64,000 nucleotides of DNA from Candidatus Latescibacterota bacterium (GTDB lineage Bacteria > Latescibacterota > UBA2968 > UBA8231): contig CBDCDC010000001.1 of the NCBI GenBank assembly GCA_965215195.1, positions 1 to 64,000 on the forward strand, read 5' to 3'. A program made the position numbers and the translations under genes. Shown one piece after another: positions 38,722 to 47,586 of the stretch; position 1 is the first letter of the stretch, and each line of letters begins with the position of its first letter. The notes under the pieces are model-generated. The model was not told the DNA's origin, searched no databases, and worked only from the letters and a program-made list of their open reading frames with translations.

Positions 38722-41610
38722 TCAGAAGGCGAACAGATCCTCCAAGCCGAGTTCGACGATCTCGCCCTGCGCGGCTAGGGCCTCAAAGTCCATTTTGCTC
38801 TTGTCGCCCGTGATCGAAATCAGCTTGGGGCGGCCTTGGACGTGCTGGCGGTAGAATTCGAGCACCTCGTCGAGATCGCTGGCTTGGATCTGTGCAAAGC
38901 GCCCAGAGCGCGGGTCGCCGGCTAGCCCCTTGCGCTCCCAGCCGCGCACGGTCTCCAGCACCGAGCGGAACCCGAGGCGTTCAGTGCGGTACTTGTTGAG
39001 CACGGAAAGCTGGGCAGCGGCAAAGCGCTCGGGCGAGGCGGGGATGTCGTCGAGCAGGCCGACGAAGGCCGCAACCGCTTCGGGCGTCTTGTCGGCTTGT
39101 GTGCCCATGCCGCCGACCATGTAGTTGTAGTCGGCTTTGTCGCGGCCATTGAAGTAGAGAGCACCCACCGAGTACGCGAGGGCGCGCGCTTCGCGGATTT
39201 CTTGGAATACAATGCCGGCCATGCCGCCGTAGAAGTAGTCGTTGAACAGCTCGATAGCTGGCTCGAGCGCCGCTTGGTAGGGCACGTCCACGTATTCGAT
39301 CCTCACGAGGGCTTGGGCCATTTCCTTGTCAAAGAAGTAGAGCCGGGTTTTTTCGGGCTGGGTAAACTCCAAGACCTGATAGGGCGGCGGCTCGACGGGC
39401 GATGCCGGCAGCGGGTAGTGCTGGGCGAGGATGGCCTGTACGTCCTCAATGGGTTGCGACCCGGTGTAGCTGAGGGTCTGGCGATAGGAGAGCAAGCCGC
39501 TGAGTAGGTCGATAAGCTCTTGACGCCCCAGGGCGCGAACTTCCTCGTTGGACAACACCCGGCGGTAGTACGCCATGTCGCCCAAGCGGTGGTAGCGGTA
39601 GAGGGCTTCGTGGATGGTGCGGTGGTCCTTGAGCGCGTCGTCGCGCTTGGCGATGATGATGGCCTGAAGCTCGGCGAGCGTGGCGTCGTCCGTGGTCGGG
39701 CCGTGCATGAGCTCGGACAAAAGTGCGAGCGACGCGGCGAAGTTGTCGTCGAGGCCCGAAATGGAAATCGCGGTCTCTTGGTCGCCGACGCTCATCCTAA
39801 AGTTGATGCCCAGCTTGTACCACTCCTTTTTCAGCTCTTCGGAGGTAAAGCGCGGGGTGCCCGACTTGTCGAGCAGTTCGCGGGCCACGGGCAGGCGATT
39901 TTCGCTTAGGGAGCCGATGTCGATCGCGATGGAAAAGTCGAAGAGGTCGTTGAGCGGGTTGCGGGCGTAATAGAGCTTGTTGCCGCCGGCCAGCTCGCGG
40001 GTGGTAAAGTCGCGCTCGGGCACGAGGTAGGCCGGCTCAATCTCGGCAAAGGGCATGGCCATGACCTCGGCGAAAAAGGCCGATTGGCGCGAGGCGTCGA
40101 TGTCGATTTTGTCGATGGGCGGCTTGGCGATCTCGGGTATGTCCTGCTCGCCGTCGCGGCGGTAGCCGGCGACATACGCTCGGTTGAAGTACTTATTGGC
40201 GACTCTGACGATGTCTTGCTTGTCGAGCTCGGCCATGCGGTTGAGGGTCTGCACGGCGTGGGACCATTCTTCAAAGCCCAAGTAGGCATCGCGCATCATG
40301 GCGACTCGGGAGTCGTTGTCCTCCAAGCGCTGCTTCTCGCTCTTTTTGAAGTCGGTGACAATGGCCGGGATGATCCAATCCTCGAATTGCCCCTCCTTAA
40401 TCAGGTCGATCTGCTGCAAGAGCAGGGCTTCGACTTCCTCGAGAGTCTGGTCCTTTTTGGGGATGCCCCACAAGTACTGGGCGCCGTAGTCGTTGAGTAG
40501 ATAGGGGTAGGAGCCGGCTTCGCGCACCTTCTGCTGCTGATTGAGGTTGAGGTTGATCAGCCCGGCTGTGGCGTTGTCGAGGATCATGTCGAGGATCTGC
40601 AGGGCCTCGGCCTCCTCGTGTGTGCGCCGCGCCGTGCGAAAAGCCAAAAGCACGTATTCCTCGCCGGGGTAGCTGACCTCGACCCGTTCCGCCGCTTGGA
40701 TCGCCGGCTCTTTGTACTCGGGGAATGGGGGCAGTTCCCGGTGCTCCCAGAGAGAGAATTCGCGGTCGATAAGCTGGATGGTCGCCTCGATGTCGATGTC
40801 GCCTGAGATGAAAATCGCCATGTTGTTGGGCACGTAATAGGTGTGGTAGAACTCGTACATGCGCTCTAGCGAGGGATTTTTCAGGTGCTCTACTGTGCCC
40901 AGCGTGGTGATGCGATAGGGGTGGACCTTGTAGAACTGTTCCTGCACGGCCTTGCGGATGACGCGGCCTTTGTTGTCGAGGGAGCGGTTTTTTTCCTCAT
41001 AGACGGTTTCCAATTCGGTTTGGAAGAGGCGGAAGACGGGCTCGTGAAAGCGCTCGGCTTCGATCTTGGCCCATTGCGCTAGGCGATTGGCTGGCAGTTC
41101 CACCTTATACACGGTTTCCTCGACCCAAGTGTGGGCGTTGAGGCCGCGCTCGCCCATCGCAGTGTACAGGCGGTCGAGCTCGTTGGGGATGGCATAGGCA
41201 GCGGCGAGTTGGTTTTCGGCGTTGATCTGGGCGTAGATTGCGGCCCTCTTTTCTGGGTCGGTCTCGCCAAAGTGCTGCTCGTAGAGTTCCTCAATGCGGT
41301 CGAGGTGGACCTGCTCCTTTTCGTAGTTGAGAGTGCCGATTTTTTGGCTGCCCTTGAAGAGCATGTGCTCCAGATAGTGGGCAATGCCGGTGGCGTCTTG
41401 GGGGTCGTGCTTGGAACCGGCGCGGACGGCGATTTCGGCGTAGAAGCGCGGCTCTTCCCTGTTTTGAGTCAGATAGACCGTCAGGCCGTTGTCCAACTGG
41501 TAGATGTGGGCCTGCATGGGGTCTTTGGGGTCTGGGCCGTGGAGCAGTTTGTACTCGGCGGGAAGGGCCTCGGCCAAGACGAGAAAGCAAAGGGCGTATA
41601 GGAGGGGCAT
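38722..41610 (-). CDS. M16 family (insulinase-like) zinc protease, probably exported
   Basis: Inverted zincin GIAHYLEHMLFKG, NAHT, two-lobed M16 architecture, short N-terminal signal-like segment. Confidence 0.92.
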   Translation of the reverse strand: MPLLYALCFLVLAEALPAEYKLLHGPDPKDPMQAHIYQLDNGLTVYLTQNREEPRFYAEIAVRAGSKHDPQDATGIAHYLEHMLFKGSQKIGTLNYEKEQVHLDRIEELYEQHFGETDPEKRAAIYAQINAENQLAAAYAIPNELDRLYTAMGERGLNAHTWVEETVYKVELPANRLAQWAKIEAERFHEPVFRLFQTELETVYEEKNRSLDNKGRVIRKAVQEQFYKVHPYRITTLGTVEHLKNPSLERMYEFYHTYYVPNNMAIFISGDIDIEATIQLIDREFSLWEHRELPPFPEYKEPAIQAAERVEVSYPGEEYVLLAFRTARRTHEEAEALQILDMILDNATAGLINLNLNQQQKVREAGSYPYLLNDYGAQYLWGIPKKDQTLEEVEALLLQQIDLIKEGQFEDWIIPAIVTDFKKSEKQRLEDNDSRVAMMRDAYLGFEEWSHAVQTLNRMAELDKQDIVRVANKYFNRAYVAGYRRDGEQDIPEIAKPPIDKIDIDASRQSAFFAEVMAMPFAEIEPAYLVPERDFTTRELAGGNKLYYARNPLNDLFDFSIAIDIGSLSENRLPVARELLDKSGTPRFTSEELKKEWYKLGINFRMSVGDQETAISISGLDDNFAASLALLSELMHGPTTDDATLAELQAIIIAKRDDALKDHRTIHEALYRYHRLGDMAYYRRVLSNEEVRALGRQELIDLLSGLLSYRQTLSYTGSQPIEDVQAILAQHYPLPASPVEPPPYQVLEFTQPEKTRLYFFDKEMAQALVRIEYVDVPYQAALEPAIELFNDYFYGGMAGIVFQEIREARALAYSVGALYFNGRDKADYNYMVGGMGTQADKTPEAVAAFVGLLDDIPASPERFAAAQLSVLNKYRTERLGFRSVLETVRGWERKGLAGDPRSGRFAQIQASDLDEVLEFYRQHVQGRPKLISITGDKSKMDFEALAAQGEIVELGLEDLFAF

Positions 41611-41727
41611 AACCGATCCTCGTTTTAAGGGGTTAGGGAGTGTATTAGGCTCACTTTATTATATTGAACGGAAAATGATGAACTGTGGCAAAGGGCTAGG
41701 GGAGATTCCTAAGTTGCCGCAGCGGTG

Positions 41728-41750
41728 GACGCGCATTATTTTTGCGCGTC
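41728..41750. promoter_or_regulatory. Perfect 8-bp inverted repeat upstream of the TPR gene (operator candidate)
   Basis: GACGCGCA-7 nt-TGCGCGTC, 37 nt before the ATG; GAGGAGG SD follows. Confidence 0.35.
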
Positions 41751-41787
41751 AGAAATATACGAAGCTACTCAGAGAGGAGGTTACTGA

Positions 41788-44535
41788 ATGGGTGCTCTTG
41801 ACCAAGTTAAAAGTTATCAAAGACTCGCCTACTACTACTACGCAAAGGGTGCATACGATCAAGCGATCGTCAATTACACTGAAGTGCTACGGCTCGATCC
41901 TGACCGTGCCTCAGCCTACAACAACCGAGGGGAGGCCTATCGGGGAAAGGGCGAGTATGACCAAGCGATCGCCGACTATGATCAGGCACTTCGGCTCGAT
42001 CCTGACCGTGCCTCAGCCTACAATAACCGAGGACTCGCCTATCAGGGAAAGGGCGAGTATGATCAAGCGATTGCTGACTATGATCAGGCACTTCGGCTCG
42101 ATCCGGGAGATGTCGTAGCCTACAACAACCGAGGGGACGCCTATTGCGAAAAGGGCGAGTATGACCAAGCGATTGCTGACTATGATCAAGCACTTCGGCT
42201 TGATCCTGACCGTGCCGTAGCCTACCACAACCGAGGATTCGCCTATTGCGAAAAGGGCGAGTATGACCAAGCGATTGCTGACTATGATCAAGCACTTCGG
42301 CTCGATCCTGACCGTGCCGTAGCCTACAGCAACCGAGGGGACGCCTATTACGAAAAGGGCGAGTATGACCAAGCGATCGCCGACTATGATCAAGCGCTTC
42401 GGCTTGATCCTGACCGTGCCGTAGCCTACAACAACCGAGGGGACGCCTATTGCGAAAAGGGCGAGTATGACCAAGCGATTGCTGACTATGATCAAGCACT
42501 TCGGCTCGATCCTGACCGTGCCGTAGCCTACTATAACCGAGGGGATGCCTATTGCGAAAAGGGCGAGTATGACCAAGCGATTGCTGACTATGATCAAGTG
42601 CTTCGGCTTGATCCTGACCGTGCCGTAGCCTACAGCAACCGAGGGGATGCCTATTACGTAAAGGGCGAGTATGACCAAGCGATTGCTGACTATGATCAAG
42701 CACTTCGGCTCGATCCTGATAGTGCCGTAGCCTACCACAACCGGGGACTTGCCTATTGCGAAAAGGGCGAGTATGACCAAGCGATTGCTGACTATGATCA
42801 AGCACTTCGGCTCGATCCTGATAGTGCCGTAGCCTACCACAACCGGGGACTTGCCTATTGCGAAAAGGGCGAGTATGACCAAGCGATTGCTGACTATGAT
42901 CAAGCACTTCGGCTTGATCCTGACCGTGCCTCAGCCTACAACAACCGAGGGGAGGCCTATCGGGGAAAGGGCGAGTATGACCAAGCGATCGCCGATTGTA
43001 CTGAAGCACTTCGGCTCGATCCGGGAGATGTCGTAGCCTACAACAACCGAGGGGATGCCTATCGGGGAAAGGGCGAGTATGACCAAGCGATTGCCGACTA
43101 TAATCAAGCACTTCGGCTCGATTCCAGCCTTGCCTTAGCCTACAATAGCCGAGGGGAGGCCTATCGGGGAAAGGGCGAGTATGACCAAGCGATCGCCGAC
43201 TATGATCAAGTGCTTCGGCTCGATCCGGGAGATGCCGTAGCCTACAACAACCGAGGACTCGCCTATTGCGAAAAGGGCGAGTATGACCAAGCGATCGCCA
43301 ATTGTACTGAAGCGCTTCGGATCGATTCCAGCCTTGACTCAGCCTACAGCAACCGAGGACTTGCCTATCACAAAAAGGGCGAGTATGACCAAGCGATTGC
43401 CGACTATGATCAGGCGCTTCGGCTCAATTCCAGCCTTGCCCTAGCCTACAACAACCGAGGGGATGCCTATCACAAAAAGGGCGAATATGATCAAGCGATT
43501 GCCGACTATGATCAGGCGCTTCGGCTCAATTCCAGCTTTGCCTTAGCCTACAATAACCGAGGACTCGCCTATTACGAAAAGAGCGACTATGATCAAGCGA
43601 TCACCGACTACGATCAAGCGCTTCGGATCGATTCCAGCCTTGCCGTAGCCTACAATAACCGAGGACTTGCCTATCACAAAAAGGGCGAGTATGATCAAGC
43701 GATTGCCGACTATGATCAAGCACTTCGGCTCAATTCCAGCCTTGCCTTAGCCTACAACAACCGAGGACTCGCCTATTACGTAAAGGGCGAGTATGATCGA
43801 GCGATCGCCAATTGTACTGAAGCACTTCGGCTCGATCCTGACCTTGCCTTAGCCTACAACAACCGAGGACTCGCTTATTGTGCAAAGGGCGAGTATGATC
43901 AAACGATCACCGATTGTACTGAAGCACTTCGGCTCGATCCTGACCTTGCCTTAGCCTACAACAACCGAGGACTCGCCTATTGTGCAAAGGACGAGTATGA
44001 TCAAACGATCACCGATTGTACTGAAGCACTTCGGCTCGATTCCAGCCTTGACTCAGCCTACAATAACCGAGGGCTTGCCTATCACGTAAAGGGCGAGTAT
44101 GACCGGGCTATCGAAGACTACGACAACGCCGTCAGATTTAAGCCTGACCATGCTACAATTTGTCTCAACAGGGGTGTCCTCTACCACGATCTAATAGATA
44201 ATTTAACAGACGCATATGACCGGGCTATTGAAGACTACGACAACGCCGTCAGGCTCTGCCCTAATTATGAGACCGACTTCATGGATCGTAACTTCGCATA
44301 CGGAGGCCAGGATTCGGTTGACAGGGCTATCGAACTATTGGAGAGCAAAATTGGGGATATCTATAACCCTGAAAGTGATGCCGACTACTACTACTTAGGA
44401 GTAGAATCACTATTCAGGAACGACCGGCTTACCGCCCAGAGGTGTTTCGAGTGGGCGGAGGAGCTAGGTTATGACGATGGGGCTAACGGGGTCAAGCTCG
44501 CAAAGCATCTTGAGAACTTGACGAATCCGGAATAG
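41788..44535 (+). CDS. TPR-solenoid protein with ~22 highly conserved 34-aa repeats plus degenerate caps
   Basis: Consensus AxAYxNRGxAYxxKGEYDQAIADYDQALRLDPxx; strong SD; no signal peptide or catalytic domain seen. Confidence 0.95.
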   Translation: MGALDQVKSYQRLAYYYYAKGAYDQAIVNYTEVLRLDPDRASAYNNRGEAYRGKGEYDQAIADYDQALRLDPDRASAYNNRGLAYQGKGEYDQAIADYDQALRLDPGDVVAYNNRGDAYCEKGEYDQAIADYDQALRLDPDRAVAYHNRGFAYCEKGEYDQAIADYDQALRLDPDRAVAYSNRGDAYYEKGEYDQAIADYDQALRLDPDRAVAYNNRGDAYCEKGEYDQAIADYDQALRLDPDRAVAYYNRGDAYCEKGEYDQAIADYDQVLRLDPDRAVAYSNRGDAYYVKGEYDQAIADYDQALRLDPDSAVAYHNRGLAYCEKGEYDQAIADYDQALRLDPDSAVAYHNRGLAYCEKGEYDQAIADYDQALRLDPDRASAYNNRGEAYRGKGEYDQAIADCTEALRLDPGDVVAYNNRGDAYRGKGEYDQAIADYNQALRLDSSLALAYNSRGEAYRGKGEYDQAIADYDQVLRLDPGDAVAYNNRGLAYCEKGEYDQAIANCTEALRIDSSLDSAYSNRGLAYHKKGEYDQAIADYDQALRLNSSLALAYNNRGDAYHKKGEYDQAIADYDQALRLNSSFALAYNNRGLAYYEKSDYDQAITDYDQALRIDSSLAVAYNNRGLAYHKKGEYDQAIADYDQALRLNSSLALAYNNRGLAYYVKGEYDRAIANCTEALRLDPDLALAYNNRGLAYCAKGEYDQTITDCTEALRLDPDLALAYNNRGLAYCAKDEYDQTITDCTEALRLDSSLDSAYNNRGLAYHVKGEYDRAIEDYDNAVRFKPDHATICLNRGVLYHDLIDNLTDAYDRAIEDYDNAVRLCPNYETDFMDRNFAYGGQDSVDRAIELLESKIGDIYNPESDADYYYLGVESLFRNDRLTAQRCFEWAEELGYDDGANGVKLAKHLENLTNPE
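41850..44140 (+). repeat. Tandem array of 102-bp near-identical coding repeats (boundaries approximate)
   Basis: Recurrent AAGGGCGAGTATGAYCAAGCGATYGCYGACTATGATCARGCACTTCGGCTYGAT with 102-bp period. Confidence 0.97.
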
Positions 44536-44611
44536 CGGGCCGAAAATTCCGTTCTCGCGGCCCGTATTATCCGGCGCATTGGGACAGGCACATAAGGCGT
44601 TACGGCAGGAG

Positions 44612-46504
44612 TTAGCGGCGGGATGGCGGGCTTTGTATTCTCTGACGCAATTCCAAGGTTCTCTTGTAGCTCTCATCGGCAACAATGATGAGCATTGCCT
44701 TAGCCCGGCTCATGCCGGTATAGAGCATTTTTCGTAGATGTTTCTCGCGCGGTAGGGTGACATCTCCTCCTATAGTAACCGTTTGGCCGTCGGTTACAGG
44801 AATAACCAGAATAGCCACTTCGCTTTCCAAGCCTTGGAAGTCATACACATCGCTGTACCTGAGTATGTTGTTTGGAGAGGTATCTTTGGGAATCAGAACG
44901 TCTTCTTGGTCCCTGAAGGTTGCTCCTTCTGCCTCGCGTATATTTAATAGTTTCCAGCCACCATAGCTGCCGGCAGCATCAAACCCATCGTCGTCGCTGG
45001 ACAGTAGGATAAGCTGCCAAGAGCGGAACTCTCTCTCTTTGAGGTCGCTGACTAGGCGGTCTAACAGCTTCCGCAGGTCTTCCCCAGGTCCGAAGTATTC
45101 AATTTGAACGTCTGGCCCATGCACGCCGGAGATTGGGGGCGATTCAATATCGGTTAATTCGGCAACTTTCTTCGCTATCTGATGGGTATTCCGACAGTTA
45201 TTTCTCAACGTAATGCTAGGCAAGTCGCGGCTCTTGATAAAGTCTTTCAGTGCGTCTCTGCCGTCGTTGATGCGCTGATGGGAGACGATATCTTGATTAG
45301 TGAAATCGCCGAACATGGTAAAGCGTCCGGTGGTCAACCCACCTTTCAACAGCGCGTCCATCAACTTCAGAAATATCTCGTCGCACAGATTCTGGGCCTC
45401 ATCGACAACTAGATAATCGAAGATGATCCCTTGTCCCAAGTCTTTGACTGTCTCATCTACGAATGAAGACCATTTATCATCTAAGTAGCCGAATGTTAGC
45501 GATTTTTCGAGTTCGGGAGAATTGGCCAGTCTCTGCTGGTGCCTGTCCAAGGAGGCACTGTCCTCTCTGAATATCCAGGATGGCAGGGTCGCGGGCGTAC
45601 CCGCCACGATCTCGCCGCTGTTGTCGGCGGAAAGCTCCTTGGCCCATCGCTCAAAACGATGGCTTAGGTTAGGGTTGCTGCACAGCAGGGCGACGGTCTC
45701 GCCGGCCTCGCAGCGGCGTTTGGCGAGTTCCATGGCGAGAACGGTCTTACCCGTACCTGCCGCGCCGTTAATGGCGCAACGAGGGTTTTCTTCCGCTATA
45801 TCTAGGCTATTGATTTGATCGGCTGTCAGGCGCAACAACTGCGGGCGACGGGTCTCCAATTCAGAGCGGAATATCGTTTTCGGGTCTTCCGGTCCTATTT
45901 CCATATCAGGCTCCAAGTCATTTCGCAGTTTGTTCAAATCTATCTGTGCAAGTTGAAAGGACCAATCCTCGCTAAGAGCGTTGCTTACCTTTTTCCGGCG
46001 CATTTGGTCGGCACGATCTTTCAATATTCTGACGAGTTTATCGGGGTTCCGGGCGTTGCGGGAACCTATCGACAACGCTAGGTGTGAAGAAGTGGCAGCA
46101 TTGGAAATTTTCCCATCCGTGAACGCCACGGCACAGTCAAGCGAAAGCAGGGATTTTTCACGAAAATGGGTACGCTCAAATTGTTTTTTTAGAGCGAACA
46201 TAGCATCTTTGGACTGGTCGAGAGGAGAACGTAACGATTCGTCGGTGGATTTCTTGTACCACTGTCCCTTCCTTGTTTCGTAATGACCGCCTTTCACTTC
46301 TAAGCAGATAACTGAGCAGTACTCGGGGATGAGGATGACGAAATCAATCTCGCGAGGTCTTGTGCTATGGCTGGGATTTTCCACGTATTTTGAGTAAAAT
46401 ACCTCCCAATCTCTGGCTTGGGCAGCCTTTTTAAGATTATTGAATATGATTCTTTCCGACTCTGGGGCGTCTTCAGGAATTACATCGGGAATCATTATGG
46501 CCAT
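44612..46504 (-). CDS. NERD nuclease domain fused to an SF1 helicase
   Basis: NERD EIDFVILIP..CLEVKGG; Walker A GAAGTGKT; Walker B LVVDEAQ; NCRNT; FQGLES; LYTGMSRA; AGAGGA SD before ATG 46504; lower GC. Confidence 0.9.
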   Translation of the reverse strand: MAIMIPDVIPEDAPESERIIFNNLKKAAQARDWEVFYSKYVENPSHSTRPREIDFVILIPEYCSVICLEVKGGHYETRKGQWYKKSTDESLRSPLDQSKDAMFALKKQFERTHFREKSLLSLDCAVAFTDGKISNAATSSHLALSIGSRNARNPDKLVRILKDRADQMRRKKVSNALSEDWSFQLAQIDLNKLRNDLEPDMEIGPEDPKTIFRSELETRRPQLLRLTADQINSLDIAEENPRCAINGAAGTGKTVLAMELAKRRCEAGETVALLCSNPNLSHRFERWAKELSADNSGEIVAGTPATLPSWIFREDSASLDRHQQRLANSPELEKSLTFGYLDDKWSSFVDETVKDLGQGIIFDYLVVDEAQNLCDEIFLKLMDALLKGGLTTGRFTMFGDFTNQDIVSHQRINDGRDALKDFIKSRDLPSITLRNNCRNTHQIAKKVAELTDIESPPISGVHGPDVQIEYFGPGEDLRKLLDRLVSDLKEREFRSWQLILLSSDDDGFDAAGSYGGWKLLNIREAEGATFRDQEDVLIPKDTSPNNILRYSDVYDFQGLESEVAILVIPVTDGQTVTIGGDVTLPREKHLRKMLYTGMSRAKAMLIIVADESYKRTLELRQRIQSPPSRR

Positions 46505-46819
46505 ATCGCAACTTCCTCTTTTACTAAAAAATGCTTTAGAACTCTTAAAAACCACTCTATTTGCTCTCTTGTCAACCTCCGTACAGGGCCGCTTGTCGGG
46601 GCTTTGTAATGATGGCCGAGACGTACCAACTGTATCAACCGGGACGATGTGGGCCAAATTAAGCGTGGTATCGGAGGGGAGGAATGGGCCAGGTGAGCAA
46701 GCCGTTATTTTCGGAACCGCGCCAGATGCAAAGAGCACGGGCGTTGGTTTGGCACGATTTTTTCTGTGTTGTACACAACGCAGCGCAGCGCGCCCATGGC
46801 GTGACCCCGGAGGGACAGA

Positions 46820-47497
46820 ATGGGCAAAATGGAAACACTACAGACGTGGGGCCGCGCCCTGTTGGACTTTGCCTATCCGCCGCACTGCGCGGTGTGCGAA
46901 GCGGACATCGAAGCCGCCGACCTGCTGTGTGGGTCGTGCTGGGCGGAGATTGCGCCGGACCGCTCGCGTCCCCAAGCCGAGGACGGAGGAAGTCCGTTTG
47001 AAAAGGTCGTCGCCTTGGGGCCGTTCACCGGTGCGCTGCAACAGGCCATTTACGCGCTTAAATTTCGCAACCAAGTGCGGCTAGGGCGGGCACTGGGCGA
47101 GCGCATGGGGCAGTGCTTGGCCGAGCAACTTGCTCCGCTGGATTGCTTGTTACCCGTGCCCTTGCACCCGGCGCGGCTGCGGGAGCGCGGGTACAACCAG
47201 AGCGCGGAAATCGCCGCCGGGTTGGGGGCCGCGCTCGGCGTCCCTGTGTGCGATAGAGTCGTGCGGCGGCGGAGAAATACTCGACAGCAAGCCCTGTTGT
47301 CGGCCGAGGAACGCCGCGCCAATCTCCGCGGTGCCTTTGCGCTCACGGCCGCGCCGCCCGCAGGCACTCGGATCGGAATAGTAGATGACGTGTGGACGAC
47401 CGGAGAGACCATGGTCGCCTGTGCCCAAGCCGTGAGGGGCGACCGCCTGTGGGCCGTTGTCTTGGCGCGCTCGGGGCCGGGCGATCTATTGACCTAA
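46820..47497 (+). CDS. ComF family protein (Zn ribbon + phosphoribosyltransferase)
   Basis: CAVC..LCGSC, PVPLH..RERGYNQ, IVDDVWTTGET. Confidence 0.92.
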   Translation: MGKMETLQTWGRALLDFAYPPHCAVCEADIEAADLLCGSCWAEIAPDRSRPQAEDGGSPFEKVVALGPFTGALQQAIYALKFRNQVRLGRALGERMGQCLAEQLAPLDCLLPVPLHPARLRERGYNQSAEIAAGLGAALGVPVCDRVVRRRRNTRQQALLSAEERRANLRGAFALTAAPPAGTRIGIVDDVWTTGETMVACAQAVRGDRLWAVVLARSGPGDLLT

Positions 47498-47517
47498 TTC
47501 TAATAATTGCCTACATT
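47489..47517 (+). promoter_or_regulatory. Sigma70-type promoter of the pfk-pgk-tpi operon
   Basis: TTGACC-17 nt-TACATT. Confidence 0.55.
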
Positions 47518-47586
47518 TAGGCCCCTTTGGAATCCCCCATACTCCAATCCCTACACAGAGCTGACCGCGAGCCAAGGAGTCTGAAT

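Noticed and set aside
41870-43111. Long repetitive antisense ORFs (413 aa and 296 aa)
   Set aside because: Shadows of the TPR tandem repeat: one stop-free unit propagates along the array.
41850-44140. 102-bp repeats as a CRISPR array or a DGR target
   Set aside because: The repeats are contiguous and in-frame coding with no unique spacers and no cas genes. Variation is not limited to adenines, and there is no reverse transcriptase or template repeat in the window.
46505-46738. N-terminal extension of the NERD-helicase ORF, and similar extensions of hypE, hypF, atpE and pfk
   Set aside because: SD positions and domain starts indicate downstream start codons; the extensions are open-frame run-on.
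46749-46766. Sigma54 promoter before comF (TGGCACGATTTTTTCT)
   Set aside because: The -12 GC element is missing.
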